A stretch of DNA of 64,000 bases from an uncultured Eubacteriales bacterium (GCA_949292905.1 CASFAV010000010.1:69920-133919); one strand, 5' to 3'. Positions 20,566 through 31,790 are shown, counted from the stretch's first letter. Made by a program: numbers and translations. Notes: generated from the letters alone by a model not told the origin.

Positions 20566-20595
20566 TGTACCGCCTCCGCCCGTAAACTTTATTTT

Positions 20596-21405
20596 TTATA
20601 TGGGTATCTTGTGCGCCTCGCCCTTCTTGTAGACCGTCCATTCGGTAAAACCTATCTCTTTCGCAAGCGCCGCCACTTCGTCGTAACGCTTACAGATATC
20701 CTCCGCGACGTGGGCGTCCGAAGAAAAAGTCACGTTCCTGCCGCCCAAAGCGTAATACCTTTCGAGCAAAGGTCTTTCGGGAAGATAACTCATCAGCGGA
20801 TGACGGATGTGGGTATTGATCTCGACGGTCTTGTCGCGTGCGATTATCTCACCGAAAAGCTCGTCTATCTTGTCGAGATACTGCGGCTCCCAGAGGCTTA
20901 CGTCTGGATAGCCGGCATAGCGCGTGATGTATCCGACGTGCCCCACCACGTCGTAGCGGTAAGGGACTTTGACGGAATCGATGAGCAAACCGAGATATTC
21001 GAGATAAACGTCGTCTTTGTCGCGCCCCTTGAAGAATTTGCCGAAATACGCGTCGCCGCCGTGTATCGTATGTATGGAATTAACTATTACGTCGAAATCG
21101 TACTTCGGAAGATTCTCCTCGTACCACTTCACCGTCTCCGCGCAGTAGCCCGCTTCCACGCCGAAAGCGACGTAAGGCGTTCCGTCCGCATATTTTTCGC
21201 GCAGTTTTTCTATCGCGCGGGCGTACCTGCGAAGATTGAGTTGCTTGAGAAAGCGCTCCTTCCTGCAATACTTATAGTCGCGGTCGAGGTGCTCGGTCAC
21301 GGCGTAATATGCAAGCCCTTTTCTTTTCGCCTCCGCGACGAGCTCCTCTATCGGCTGTCTGCCGTCGTGAGAAAAGGCGGAATGCGAATGACTGTCCACT
21401 CGCAT
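20596..21405 (-). CDS. HisJ-family PHP-domain (histidinol-phosphatase-like) phosphatase
   Basis: MRVDSHSHS.FSHDG N-terminus, TEH and later His/Asp metal ligands of the PHP fold. Confidence 0.75.
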   Translation of the reverse strand: MRVDSHSHSAFSHDGRQPIEELVAEAKRKGLAYYAVTEHLDRDYKYCRKERFLKQLNLRRYARAIEKLREKYADGTPYVAFGVEAGYCAETVKWYEENLPKYDFDVIVNSIHTIHGGDAYFGKFFKGRDKDDVYLEYLGLLIDSVKVPYRYDVVGHVGYITRYAGYPDVSLWEPQYLDKIDELFGEIIARDKTVEINTHIRHPLMSYLPERPLLERYYALGGRNVTFSSDAHVAEDICKRYDEVAALAKEIGFTEWTVYKKGEAHKIPI

Positions 21406-21407
21406 TT

Positions 21408-23126
<1,719 letters not shown>

Positions 23127-23127
23127 A

Positions 23128-24216
23128 TTATTTCCTCGTACAATGTCCGTTTTTCACTTCGAAATAGGTCGCGCCCTCGAAGGGAGCGGGCTCCGTGCAG
23201 GTGATTATCGTCTGTATACCGTCGATGGCGTTGAAAAGAGCGTTGCGCCTTTTCTCGTCGAGCTCGCTCAAAACGTCGTCCAGAAGAAGCACCGGCGTTT
23301 CCCCCGTTCTCGAACGGAACGAGGCTATCTCCGCGAGTTTAAGCGAAAGCACCGCCGAACGTTGCTGCCCCTGCGAGCCGAATTTCCTGAGATCGACGCC
23401 GCTCACGCTCAATTTAAGGTCGTCGCGGTGCGGTCCCACCGTGGTGTATTCGAGCCGGAGATCGTCCGCGCGGGACGAAGCCGCAAGCCTTCTAAGACCT
23501 TCTTCGGGATTATCGGGATCCACAGCTTCCGTCTCGTAAGAAACGGAGAATTCTTCCGCGCCGTCGGTAAGTTTATAATGTTCGTTCACGGCGTAAGGCT
23601 TGAGTTTCGAGATGAATTTAGCGCGTTCCTTGATTATGAACGCCGCCGTCCTTATCATCTCAGAGTCCACCACTTCGAGCATCGAGTCGAGCGAAGCGCG
23701 CCCTTTATACGTTTTGAGAAGCTTGTTGCGTTGCTGTAAAAGGGCGTTGTATCTCTGCAAAGTGTAGAAATAGGTCTTGCTCTGCTGACAAAGCCCCATA
23801 TCCATGAACCGTCTTCTGTCGGCGGGCGCTTCGCGCACGAGACCTATCACCTGCGGCGAAAAGAATACAACGTTCACAACGCCCATAAGTTCGCCGATAC
23901 GCTGAACGGGAAGCTTGTCCACGGTGACGCGCTTCTTCCCCTGCTCGTCCGCGGTTATCGCGACGGTATGAGTGGAAAAACGCTTCTCGACTTTAAGTTC
24001 CACGCCGAAACCCGCCGCCGGCGAAATCCAGTTGATCAGTTCTTTGTCGCGCGGGTGGCGCGAAGATCTGCCGAGAGAACAAAGGTATATCGAATCGATA
24101 AGGTTGGTCTTACCGGCGGCATTGGCGCCGTAAACGATATTCAACCCTTTCGCGAAAGTCACTCTTTCGCTTCCGTAGCTCAAAAAATTTCTGAGTGATA
24201 CGTCGGTTACTATCAT
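23128..24216 (-). CDS. recF: DNA replication and repair protein RecF
   Basis: N-terminal LRNF.SY...F..G.N..YG.NAAGKTNL Walker A, and C-terminal LLLDDV.SELD signature/Walker B. Confidence 0.9.
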   Translation of the reverse strand: MIVTDVSLRNFLSYGSERVTFAKGLNIVYGANAAGKTNLIDSIYLCSLGRSSRHPRDKELINWISPAAGFGVELKVEKRFSTHTVAITADEQGKKRVTVDKLPVQRIGELMGVVNVVFFSPQVIGLVREAPADRRRFMDMGLCQQSKTYFYTLQRYNALLQQRNKLLKTYKGRASLDSMLEVVDSEMIRTAAFIIKERAKFISKLKPYAVNEHYKLTDGAEEFSVSYETEAVDPDNPEEGLRRLAASSRADDLRLEYTTVGPHRDDLKLSVSGVDLRKFGSQGQQRSAVLSLKLAEIASFRSRTGETPVLLLDDVLSELDEKRRNALFNAIDGIQTIITCTEPAPFEGATYFEVKNGHCTRK

Positions 24217-25124
24217 CAGTCCTCCAGATTATAGGGCGTGACCTGATAAACGTAATGGTTGAGCCAGTTGTAAAAAAGGAGATTCCCCGTGCTGTTCCAG
24301 CTCATATTGATGCGGTTCACGTCGCCGTCGATGAAATAATTGGCCGGAGGATCGATCCTGAGCCCCTTCTCCTTGTCGCGCATATACTCCAGTTTGAGCG
24401 TTTCGCGGTCGTATTCGGAATGTCCGAAGAAGAAGAATTTACGGTCGTCCTTGCTTTTCACGATACTGAGTCCGCAGTCGTCGCCTTCGGCTATCACGCG
24501 CAGTTTTTTGTTGGCGCGAACGGCGTCCTCGTCGATACGGGTGTGGCGGGAATGAGGTATGGAGAAGCGGTCGTTGAGCCCTTTGAGCAAGGGCTCGAAA
24601 GCCGAAGTGGCGCGGTTTTTGAAGATACCGAACAATTTTTTCTCAAGCGGTATCTTCCCTATACCGTAATAATGGTACATCGCCGCCTGCGCTCCCCAGC
24701 AGATATATATCGTCGAGGTGACCATACTGTCGGCGTAATCGAATATCTCCTCGAGTTCCTTCCAGTAAGCGACGTCCGTGAAATCCATGGTTTCCACGGG
24801 CGCGCCCGTGATTATCATTCCGTCGAAGCGCGTGCCGCGCACCTCGTCGAAAGTCTTATAGAATCTCTCCATGTGCCCGCCCGACACGTTGGTCGATTTA
24901 TAGGTGGCGGTCTTGATGAGCGTGAGATTGACCTGCAAAGGCGTATTCGCGAGAAGCCTTAACAACTGCGTTTCCGTCTCTATCTTCGTGGGCATCAGGT
25001 TGACTATCGCTATCTCTATCGGACGGATATCCTGCGACTCCGCGCGCTTCTTCGGCATAACGAAGATGTTTTCCTTCTTGAGTACGGAAAACGCCGGTAT
25101 GTCTTTGGGTATAACTATCGGCAT
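24216..25124 (-). CDS. metA: Homoserine O-acyltransferase (MetA family)
   Basis: MPI.IP...PA...L..ENIFVM N-terminus and the ICWGAQAA active-site Cys region. GGAGG RBS. Confidence 0.9.
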   Translation of the reverse strand: MPIVIPKDIPAFSVLKKENIFVMPKKRAESQDIRPIEIAIVNLMPTKIETETQLLRLLANTPLQVNLTLIKTATYKSTNVSGGHMERFYKTFDEVRGTRFDGMIITGAPVETMDFTDVAYWKELEEIFDYADSMVTSTIYICWGAQAAMYHYYGIGKIPLEKKLFGIFKNRATSAFEPLLKGLNDRFSIPHSRHTRIDEDAVRANKKLRVIAEGDDCGLSIVKSKDDRKFFFFGHSEYDRETLKLEYMRDKEKGLRIDPPANYFIDGDVNRINMSWNSTGNLLFYNWLNHYVYQVTPYNLED

Positions 25125-25137
25125 AATACCTCCTCAA

Positions 25138-26415
25138 TCAAAGCGTCGCGTCGAGCGCGCCTATAACGTCCGAAAGTATGTCTTCGATACCCTCGATACC
25201 TACCGAAAGCCTTATGAGATTGGCGGGTACGCCCGCCGCCTCGAGATCTGCGTCGGAAAGCTGTCTGTGCGTGGTGGACGCGGGATGAAGCACGCAGCTC
25301 CTTGCGTCCGCGATATGCGTGACGATACGGAAAAGCTTCAGCGCTTTCTGGAATTCGGACGCCGCTTTTCTGCCTCCGCGGATACCGAAACTCACCATTC
25401 CGGCGGCTCTGCCGCCGTCAAGATACTTGAGCGCGCGCTCGTGATCCTCGTCGCCCTCGAGTCCCGCGTACTTCACCCATTCGACGGCGGGGTGAGACTT
25501 CATCGCTTGGGCAAGCGCGAGCGCGTTGTCGCTGTGGCGGGGCATCCGCAAATGCAGAGTTTCCGCTCCGAGCATGGTGAGGAAGGCGTTGAACGGCGCC
25601 ATCTGCGCGCCGAAGTCGCGCATACCGATGACTCTGGCGCGCAGTATATACGCGCCCGCGCCGCAATCCGCGAACACCATTCCGTGATAAGAGTCGTCCG
25701 GCACGTTGAAGCCGGGATAACGGGGATTGTCTTTGAAGACGAAATTGCCGCCGTCCACTATTATTCCGCCCACGCTCGTGGCGTGACCGTCGATATACTT
25801 GGTGGAAGCGTGCACCACGACGTTAACGCCGAATTCGAAAGGTCTCGAGAGGCAGGGCGTGGCTATCGTGTTGTCGCATACGAGCAGAATGCCGTACTTA
25901 CGCGCTATCGCCGCGAATTTATCGAAATCCGCTACCGTTCCTGCGGGATTCGCGATGGTTTCGAGGAATATAGCCCTCGTTTTTCCGTCTATCAAAGCCT
26001 CTATTTCCTCGGCGGGGGTGTGGTTGTTGACGAACCTGCAGTCGATACCGAGCTTACGGAGAGTTACGTTGAAAAGGTTGTAAGTCCCGCCGTAAATGGT
26101 CGAAAGCGAAATGAAATTGTCGCCCGCCGAACACACGTTCAATATCGCGAGCGTCGTCGCGCTCATTCCCGAAGCCGTGGCAAGGGCGCCTACGCCGCCT
26201 TCGAGCGCGGAAATTTTTTCTTCGAGCCCGCCCAGAGTGGGGTTACCGAGCCTCGTATAAAAATAGCCCGCTTTCTTGAGATCGAAAAGATCTCCCATTT
26301 CCTCGGGCGTGTCGTACGCAAAAGTGGTGCTTTGTATAATGGGTTGTACGCGCGGCTCGCCGTTTTTCGGCTCGTATCCGCATTGTACGCATCTGGTATC
26401 TATAGATTTATACAT
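25138..26415 (-). CDS. metY: O-acetylhomoserine aminocarboxypropyltransferase / sulfhydrylase
   Basis: Cys/Met-metabolism PLP enzyme. HASTKYIDGH PLP-lysine motif. Confidence 0.9.
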   Translation of the reverse strand: MYKSIDTRCVQCGYEPKNGEPRVQPIIQSTTFAYDTPEEMGDLFDLKKAGYFYTRLGNPTLGGLEEKISALEGGVGALATASGMSATTLAILNVCSAGDNFISLSTIYGGTYNLFNVTLRKLGIDCRFVNNHTPAEEIEALIDGKTRAIFLETIANPAGTVADFDKFAAIARKYGILLVCDNTIATPCLSRPFEFGVNVVVHASTKYIDGHATSVGGIIVDGGNFVFKDNPRYPGFNVPDDSYHGMVFADCGAGAYILRARVIGMRDFGAQMAPFNAFLTMLGAETLHLRMPRHSDNALALAQAMKSHPAVEWVKYAGLEGDEDHERALKYLDGGRAAGMVSFGIRGGRKAASEFQKALKLFRIVTHIADARSCVLHPASTTHRQLSDADLEAAGVPANLIRLSVGIEGIEDILSDVIGALDATL

Positions 26416-26472
26416 GGTGAGATTCCTCCGTCGTTTCGTCTTTATTTCCTTGAAAGCCGTCCTAAAACGCGC

Positions 26473-26928
26473 TTATCTGTAATTGCTCTCCTTGACCGCC
26501 CTTTCCGCCATGCGCTTTTCGTCGCGTTCGCGGATCGCGTTCCTCTTGTCGTGCCCCTCCTTGCCCTTGGCAAGACCCAGCTCCACTTTCACCAGTCCGT
26601 CCTTGAAATACATCTTCGTCACCACGAGCGTGTATCCCTTCTCCGCCACCTTCTGCTTGAGCTTCAGGATCTCCTTCTTGTGCAGGAGGAGCCTGCGCAT
26701 TCGTTTGGCGTCGGGATTGAAATAGCTGCCCTTTTCGTACGGAGCGATATGCGCGCCCACAAGCAGGATCTCGCCGTTTTTCACGACGGCGTAACTGTCC
26801 TTGAGATTCACGTTACCGAGTCTGACGCTTTTCACCTCGCTTCCCTGAAGGGCGATACCCGCTTCGAGCGTCGATTCGATGTAATAATCGTGATAGGCTT
26901 TTTTGTTCGTAGCCGCTACTTTGATCAT
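26473..26928 (-). CDS. smpB: SsrA-binding protein
   Basis: NKKAYHDY...E.GI.L.G.EVKS and a Lys/Arg-rich C-terminal tail. Confidence 0.95.
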   Translation of the reverse strand: MIKVAATNKKAYHDYYIESTLEAGIALQGSEVKSVRLGNVNLKDSYAVVKNGEILLVGAHIAPYEKGSYFNPDAKRMRRLLLHKKEILKLKQKVAEKGYTLVVTKMYFKDGLVKVELGLAKGKEGHDKRNAIRERDEKRMAERAVKESNYR

Positions 26929-26963
26929 ATCTTCCTTCGATTTTTCAATTATACCATAAGATT

Positions 26964-26992
26964 AAAAAAATGGCTATAATAATATAGCCATT
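26964..26992 (-). terminator. Rho-independent terminator after secG
   Basis: On the minus strand: AAATGGCTATA-TTAT-TATAGCCATTTTTTT. Confidence 0.6.
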
Positions 26993-27026
26993 TCCTTAAC
27001 GTTTTAACGTTTTCGCGACGCTCGCT

Positions 27027-27296
27027 TTACAGCCTGTTGTTCAACATGTGGAATACGAAAAACAATATCGAACACACCAGCATCGCCGCGGCTATACCTA
27101 CCGTCCACCTTTTGAACTTGGCGTCCATGGTTTTCGCTTTGTTCTTGCCGAAAAATGTCTCCGCGGCACCCGTAATGGCGCCGAGATTGCCCTGATTGCC
27201 GCTCTGCATCATTACGATGACTATCATAGCGATGGCGAGCAAAGCCATTATTACCATAAGCGCGATCATAAGACCGGAATATACGTCGTGAAGCAT
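27027..27296 (-). CDS. secG: Preprotein translocase subunit SecG
   Basis: 89 aa, two TM segments flanking the QSG...LG...G loop. AAGGAG RBS. Confidence 0.85.
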   Translation of the reverse strand: MLHDVYSGLMIALMVIMALLAIAMIVIVMMQSGNQGNLGAITGAAETFFGKNKAKTMDAKFKRWTVGIAAAMLVCSILFFVFHMLNNRL

Positions 27297-27494
27297 ATTT
27301 TCTCCTTAACTTCCGTATTCTGGCGTGCAAAATAAGGCGCACGTCACGGAACGCTTGCTTATTATACCATAGGTATTTACGGTTATCAAGCGAATTACTC
27401 AACTTTTCCGATTAAATTAGCGCGGGCAAATATTGACTTATACGCGTTCGTGGGGTATCATAAATTATAAACAAAAGAACGGAGGAACTCTTTT

Positions 27495-28226
27495 ATGCCC
27501 GAAAGTTTCGTATCGGTATACGTGCTCGGCGCGATAATAGCCGCGATCATCATAGCGATGTCGGTGGTTTTTCTGATAAAAGCGGCGCGCAGAGCCAAAG
27601 CTATCGGAATGGACAAGAAAATCGTCACCGAAACAATTAAAAACAGCGCTTTATTCTCGATAATCCCTTCTATCCCTATAGTTATCGGTATAGGGATCAT
27701 GATGCAGTTCCTGGGACTCGCGATACCGTGGATAAGGCTTTCGGTCATAGGCGCGCTCCAGTACGAGATACTCGCGATGGATCAGGCGGGAGTCACGGCG
27801 GCGACGGACAATACCGCGATAGCCACCGCCTGCGTAGTCATGACGATAAGCATCATAACGGGACCTTTGTTCAACGCGATATTCTATAAAAAATATCAAA
27901 ACAAGCTCCTCGAACTGCAGGAAAAGAACGAACGCAAGATGAACGCGATAACGGGAGCGCTCCTGGGCGGAATGCTCGCGGGCATAATGTCCGCGATAAT
28001 AATGGGCGGCTTCTTCGGCATCAATTCTCCCGTGACCGACGCGAGCGGAATAACCACTTACGGCGAGATAACGCTCATCACGCTCGCCGCGAGCGTGATA
28101 CTCATGGGGCTGTGCGGAGTGGTATTGCTCGTATTCAAACAGAAATGGATAGAATCCTACGCTTTGCCGATAAGTATCCTCGGCTCTCTGGCGATAGCTT
28201 TCGCATTCATACCGGTATTCGCGTAA
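27495..28226 (+). CDS. Polytopic membrane protein of unknown function (243 aa)
   Basis: About 6 hydrophobic segments. GGAGG RBS. First gene of a three-gene string ending in cysK. Confidence 0.7.
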   Translation: MPESFVSVYVLGAIIAAIIIAMSVVFLIKAARRAKAIGMDKKIVTETIKNSALFSIIPSIPIVIGIGIMMQFLGLAIPWIRLSVIGALQYEILAMDQAGVTAATDNTAIATACVVMTISIITGPLFNAIFYKKYQNKLLELQEKNERKMNAITGALLGGMLAGIMSAIIMGGFFGINSPVTDASGITTYGEITLITLAASVILMGLCGVVLLVFKQKWIESYALPISILGSLAIAFAFIPVFA

Positions 28227-28239
28227 GGAGGACGTAAAG

Positions 28240-28938
28240 ATGAAAAAATCGGATTTTTTCGGCGTAGCCTCAACAAGAGAAGAACATAACAACCAGATGC
28301 ACAATCTGGGAAGAATATTCACCTGGATAGCCTTGGGGTTCATATGCGCGTTGCCCATAGTGTATTGCATTTCCGCAGGCGTCACTCCGAACTGGTCCCA
28401 ACTCGGCGTATGCGTACCGTTTATGGCGGGTTACTGGGCGATAGGACTCATCGAAGCGCTGAGTTACGCGCCGCTTCTCGGAACGGGCGGACAATACCTT
28501 TCGTTCATCACGGGCAACATCTCCAACCTCAAGCTCCCCTGCTCGCTCAACTCGCAGACCATTGCGAAAACGAAACAGGGCTCCGAGGAACAGGAAATCG
28601 TTTCGACGATATCCATTGCTGTGGGAAGCATCGTGACGACGGTCATCATAATAATAGGACTTATCCCGCTTGCGATATTCCAGAACGAAATAGTCAACGT
28701 CCTGAAGCCCGTGTCGCCCTACGTTATCCCCGCGATATTCGGCGGGCTCACGATGGTACTCATGGCGAAGTACTTCAAGATAGCCGTGATACCTTTCGCG
28801 GTATGTCTTCTGATATGCCTTGTGGGCAACCTTATCGGCTACGGCGAAACGGTGAACAGCCAGTCCACCATGGTCATAGTGGGAATGGTAGTCAGTATAA
28901 TTTCCACGCTTGTACTGTACAAATTCAACAAAATCTGA
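28240..28938 (+). CDS. Polytopic membrane protein of unknown function (232 aa)
   Basis: About 6 hydrophobic segments. AAGGAGG RBS. 13-nt gap from the upstream gene and 20-nt gap to cysK. Confidence 0.7.
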   Translation: MKKSDFFGVASTREEHNNQMHNLGRIFTWIALGFICALPIVYCISAGVTPNWSQLGVCVPFMAGYWAIGLIEALSYAPLLGTGGQYLSFITGNISNLKLPCSLNSQTIAKTKQGSEEQEIVSTISIAVGSIVTTVIIIIGLIPLAIFQNEIVNVLKPVSPYVIPAIFGGLTMVLMAKYFKIAVIPFAVCLLICLVGNLIGYGETVNSQSTMVIVGMVVSIISTLVLYKFNKI

Positions 28939-28958
28939 CGTTATCCGAAAGGTCAAAA

Positions 28959-29849
28959 ATGCTTGCCGAAAACATCACCGAACTTATAGGAAACACGCCG
29001 TTGCTTCGCTTGGGTAACGGCAACATCTACGCCAAACTCGAATACTTCAATCCTTTACATTCCGTCAAGGACAGAGCGGCGCTGTATATGATAGAAGGCG
29101 CGGAAAAGCGCGGCGAACTCAAAGCGGGCGGTACCGTCGTGGAAGCCACGAGCGGCAACACCGGCATAGGACTTACCTATATCGCGTTGCAAAAAGGATA
29201 TAACGCGGTGCTCGTTATGCCCGAAAACATGAGCGACGAGCGCAAGAAACTTCTTCGTCACCTCGGCGCGGAAGTGATATTGACTCCGAAAGAAAAAGGT
29301 ATGGCGGGCGCGCACGCGAAAGCGGACGAAATAGCCCGCGAAAGAGGGGCCTTCGTTCCCGATCAGTTCTCCAATCCCGACAACGCCCGCGCTCACGAGG
29401 AGACCACCGCGCAAGAGATAATCAAAGACCTCGGCGACACAGCGCCCGATTATCTCGTACTTACTTTCGGCTCAGGCGGCACGCTCTCGGGGCTCGGCAG
29501 AGCGCTGAAAAAGGTTTATCCCGCGTTGAAAGTCGTAGCGGTGGAGCCCGAAGAAAGTCCCCTCCTCTCACGCGGCTACGCCGGCGCGCACGGCATACAG
29601 GGAATAGGCGCGAACTTCCTTCCCGCGCTTCTCGACAAAGACGTCATCGACGAAACCGTGTGCGTAAAAAGCGCGGACGCGATAGCCGCCGCCACCCGCG
29701 CCGCCAAAGAATACGGTACCCTCATAGGTATCTCCTCGGGCGCCGCGCTTGTGGCTTCCGAGCTTATTGCGACAAGGGATCCCGCGGCAGTCGTGGTCAC
29801 CCTGTTCCCCGATACCGGAGAAAGATATCTGAGCGTTTGGGATTCCTGA
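28959..29849 (+). CDS. cysK: Cysteine synthase A (O-acetylserine sulfhydrylase)
   Basis: Tracked ORF 28344..29849 trimmed to MLAENITELIGNTPLL. SVKDR PLP-lysine motif and GSGGT loop. Confidence 0.9.
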   Translation: MLAENITELIGNTPLLRLGNGNIYAKLEYFNPLHSVKDRAALYMIEGAEKRGELKAGGTVVEATSGNTGIGLTYIALQKGYNAVLVMPENMSDERKKLLRHLGAEVILTPKEKGMAGAHAKADEIARERGAFVPDQFSNPDNARAHEETTAQEIIKDLGDTAPDYLVLTFGSGGTLSGLGRALKKVYPALKVVAVEPEESPLLSRGYAGAHGIQGIGANFLPALLDKDVIDETVCVKSADAIAAATRAAKEYGTLIGISSGAALVASELIATRDPAAVVVTLFPDTGERYLSVWDS

Positions 29850-29901
29850 TCGCGCGTTATGATAGCCGTAACTCATAAACAGCGATAATTCAAGCACAAA
29901 C

Positions 29902-29931
29902 AAACCGCCCTCGTTCCGGGGCGGTTTATTT
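29902..29931. terminator. Terminator after cysK
   Basis: AAACCGCCC-TCGTTCC-GGGGCGGTTTATTT. Confidence 0.7.
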
Positions 29932-29962
29932 ACGTTATATAAGGTATTTCAGTTCCGATCCG

Positions 29963-30334
29963 TCAGATGAGGAAGCAGGCGGCTACGATAAGCAGTACAA
30001 CGCTTATCACCACGAATACCGCCCCTACCGCGCGCTTACATTTGATATACGATTTGCGCACGGCTCTGCCGCCGTATGCGGGAGTGACTATAGCGTCCCC
30101 TTCCGGGGCGCGGGTGTGCTCGTAAAGCTTTTCCACGCCGAATTTCCTGCCCGGATAAGCGTACTCGTCGTAGGGCACGGGCGGGCTGTAGTGAGGCGGA
30201 ACGAAACCTATGTTGGGTTGAACGCGCGAAGCGGCGCGGCTGACGCTGCCGCCGTTACCGTAAACGGCAAAGGGAACGGGTTTGACGTCTGAGTTATAAT
30301 CTTTACCTACCACCATCAATCTTTCGGACGGCAT
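29963..30334 (-). CDS. Hypothetical protein with C-terminal TM anchor (123 aa)
   Basis: Start moved to the ATG 7 nt after GAGGAG. Pro/Tyr-rich N-terminal part. C-terminal AVGAVFVVISVVLLIVAACFLI. Confidence 0.5.
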   Translation of the reverse strand: MPSERLMVVGKDYNSDVKPVPFAVYGNGGSVSRAASRVQPNIGFVPPHYSPPVPYDEYAYPGRKFGVEKLYEHTRAPEGDAIVTPAYGGRAVRKSYIKCKRAVGAVFVVISVVLLIVAACFLI

Positions 30335-30438
30335 AATATCTCTCCTCACTTTTTATAAAATAATAATACAACAACGAAATTCAAAAGTCAATACACGGTT
30401 TCGTACGAAATATCGACTTTCGGCGGCGTATGTCATAA

Positions 30439-30812
30439 TATTTAATTAAGTTCAGACTCGGAATAATAGAAGAAAGCATATCGGACGAAGCGATCGCGGA
30501 AGCGCTCGCGGAATATTTCTTATCCGAACGCACGGAAAGCGTCGAAGGCGACGAATATCCATTGTGGCATATCAAAGAATACCGCGTTCCCGACGAAAAA
30601 ATGAGGGAAACGGCTGAGCCCTTACCGCAGTCGTCAAAAAAACGTGGTACGCACACGGATTCAACGAAAAGGAGCTTTACGTCATACTTTGCGGAAAATA
30701 CTTCGTGCTTCCGCCGAAACGCAATTTCAAATGGCGCGAAATGATACGTTACGGCGTAAAATACGCCGACGTGGACAAAAAATATCTTAAGCATATAAAG
30801 CTCTATATTTAA
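30439..30812 (+). pseudogene. Frameshifted, start-less gene remnant
   Basis: Two protein-like frames (..EYPLWHIKEYRVPDEK.. and ..TWYAHGFNEKELYVILCGKYFVLPPKRNFKW..) join if one A is added to the A7 run at 30636-30642. No ATG or RBS at the 5' end. Confidence 0.35.
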
Positions 30813-31790
30813 TTACAGTGTAATCGGATTTGGTTTTACAGATACTACTCCTGTTAGTGTTAAAACTAGCATCACTAACGACAAGGCAATTAAACTAATT
30901 CCCACTATTACGAAAATATGAGGCAACAGCCTTTCCCTGTTTGAATAAGATTTAATACCGTTTTTAGTGTTGTATCTATATTCACAATCAAACATATTTG
31001 CAGGCAAAATTTTTTCAATTGCGTTAATAACCGCAAATTTACCGGCATTATTCATTTCGTATGCACGCAAGCACGCTTTCCAATTCAATGCAAGGCTAGT
31101 AAAGACCAGCCCCGCCAATAGCATAATAACAAATGTTGCCGTGAGATTACCAAAAGCGAATGCAGCCCCTATAAAAGCTAATAAGGCCGCACAAATCGAT
31201 GTATATAGATTACTTATGTTTTGTCTTCTTTCCATTAGTTTTTCTGATGTATCCACCATAATTTGGTATTCGCTTATTAACAATTGATAATATTCGAATT
31301 CATTTATATCTTTTTGCAAATCTATATTAATTAAAGACTTTTCTACCGTCCACTGAGATTCTTCTAATAAAATATCGGTAATTTCGTTTGTATCGCATAC
31401 CCTGTATCTGCTTAAGTTTAATAACTCTCCCGAATAATCTAAACCGAATATTTCTTGTGCTATAGAATTAGATTGGCACTTGGCTTGCGGCAATTCTTCA
31501 TCTAACCTTATTATAAATGTTTTTTTATTAAACTTATTGGCAACGCCCAATTCCCATTTCACATTTTTAAGCCTATTTGCAATTAACTTCTTATTTAAAT
31601 CGCAAAAATAACATACCAAATTGCATTTTTTTAATTTGTCTACGGCTGTTTTATGCCAAAATTGATTTTCATTAAAAGGAGAAAACATAAAAAAATGTAA
31701 TGCGCCTTCTTTATCTTTGGATTTGATATCTTTTAAAACAGCATCTACCTTGGTTTTATCTTCAAAACTATAAATTACATAAATATCCAT
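30813..31790 (-). CDS. TIR-like (ThsB/DUF1863-type) N-terminal domain fused to a three-TM C-terminal module (325 aa)
   Basis: Strikingly AT-rich single gene between GC-rich neighbours. N-terminus MDIYVIYSFED ... NLVCYFCD ... VKWELGVANKFNKKTFIIRL. C-terminal part SEKLMERRQN followed by three hydrophobic segments. Confidence 0.6.
   Translation of the reverse strand: MDIYVIYSFEDKTKVDAVLKDIKSKDKEGALHFFMFSPFNENQFWHKTAVDKLKKCNLVCYFCDLNKKLIANRLKNVKWELGVANKFNKKTFIIRLDEELPQAKCQSNSIAQEIFGLDYSGELLNLSRYRVCDTNEITDILLEESQWTVEKSLINIDLQKDINEFEYYQLLISEYQIMVDTSEKLMERRQNISNLYTSICAALLAFIGAAFAFGNLTATFVIMLLAGLVFTSLALNWKACLRAYEMNNAGKFAVINAIEKILPANMFDCEYRYNTKNGIKSYSNRERLLPHIFVIVGISLIALSLVMLVLTLTGVVSVKPNPITL

Noticed and set aside
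24904-26979. 691-aa + strand ORF, the longest uncharacterised ORF in the core region
   Set aside because: It lies entirely antisense to metA, metY and smpB, which have clear motifs and GGAGG sites. Its translation is R/H/V-rich with no motif and no RBS. This is typical of a shadow ORF in GC-rich DNA.
30381-30794. 137-aa minus-strand ORF
   Set aside because: Its composition is not protein-like and it has no RBS. The opposite strand carries two clearly protein-like frames of a decayed gene.
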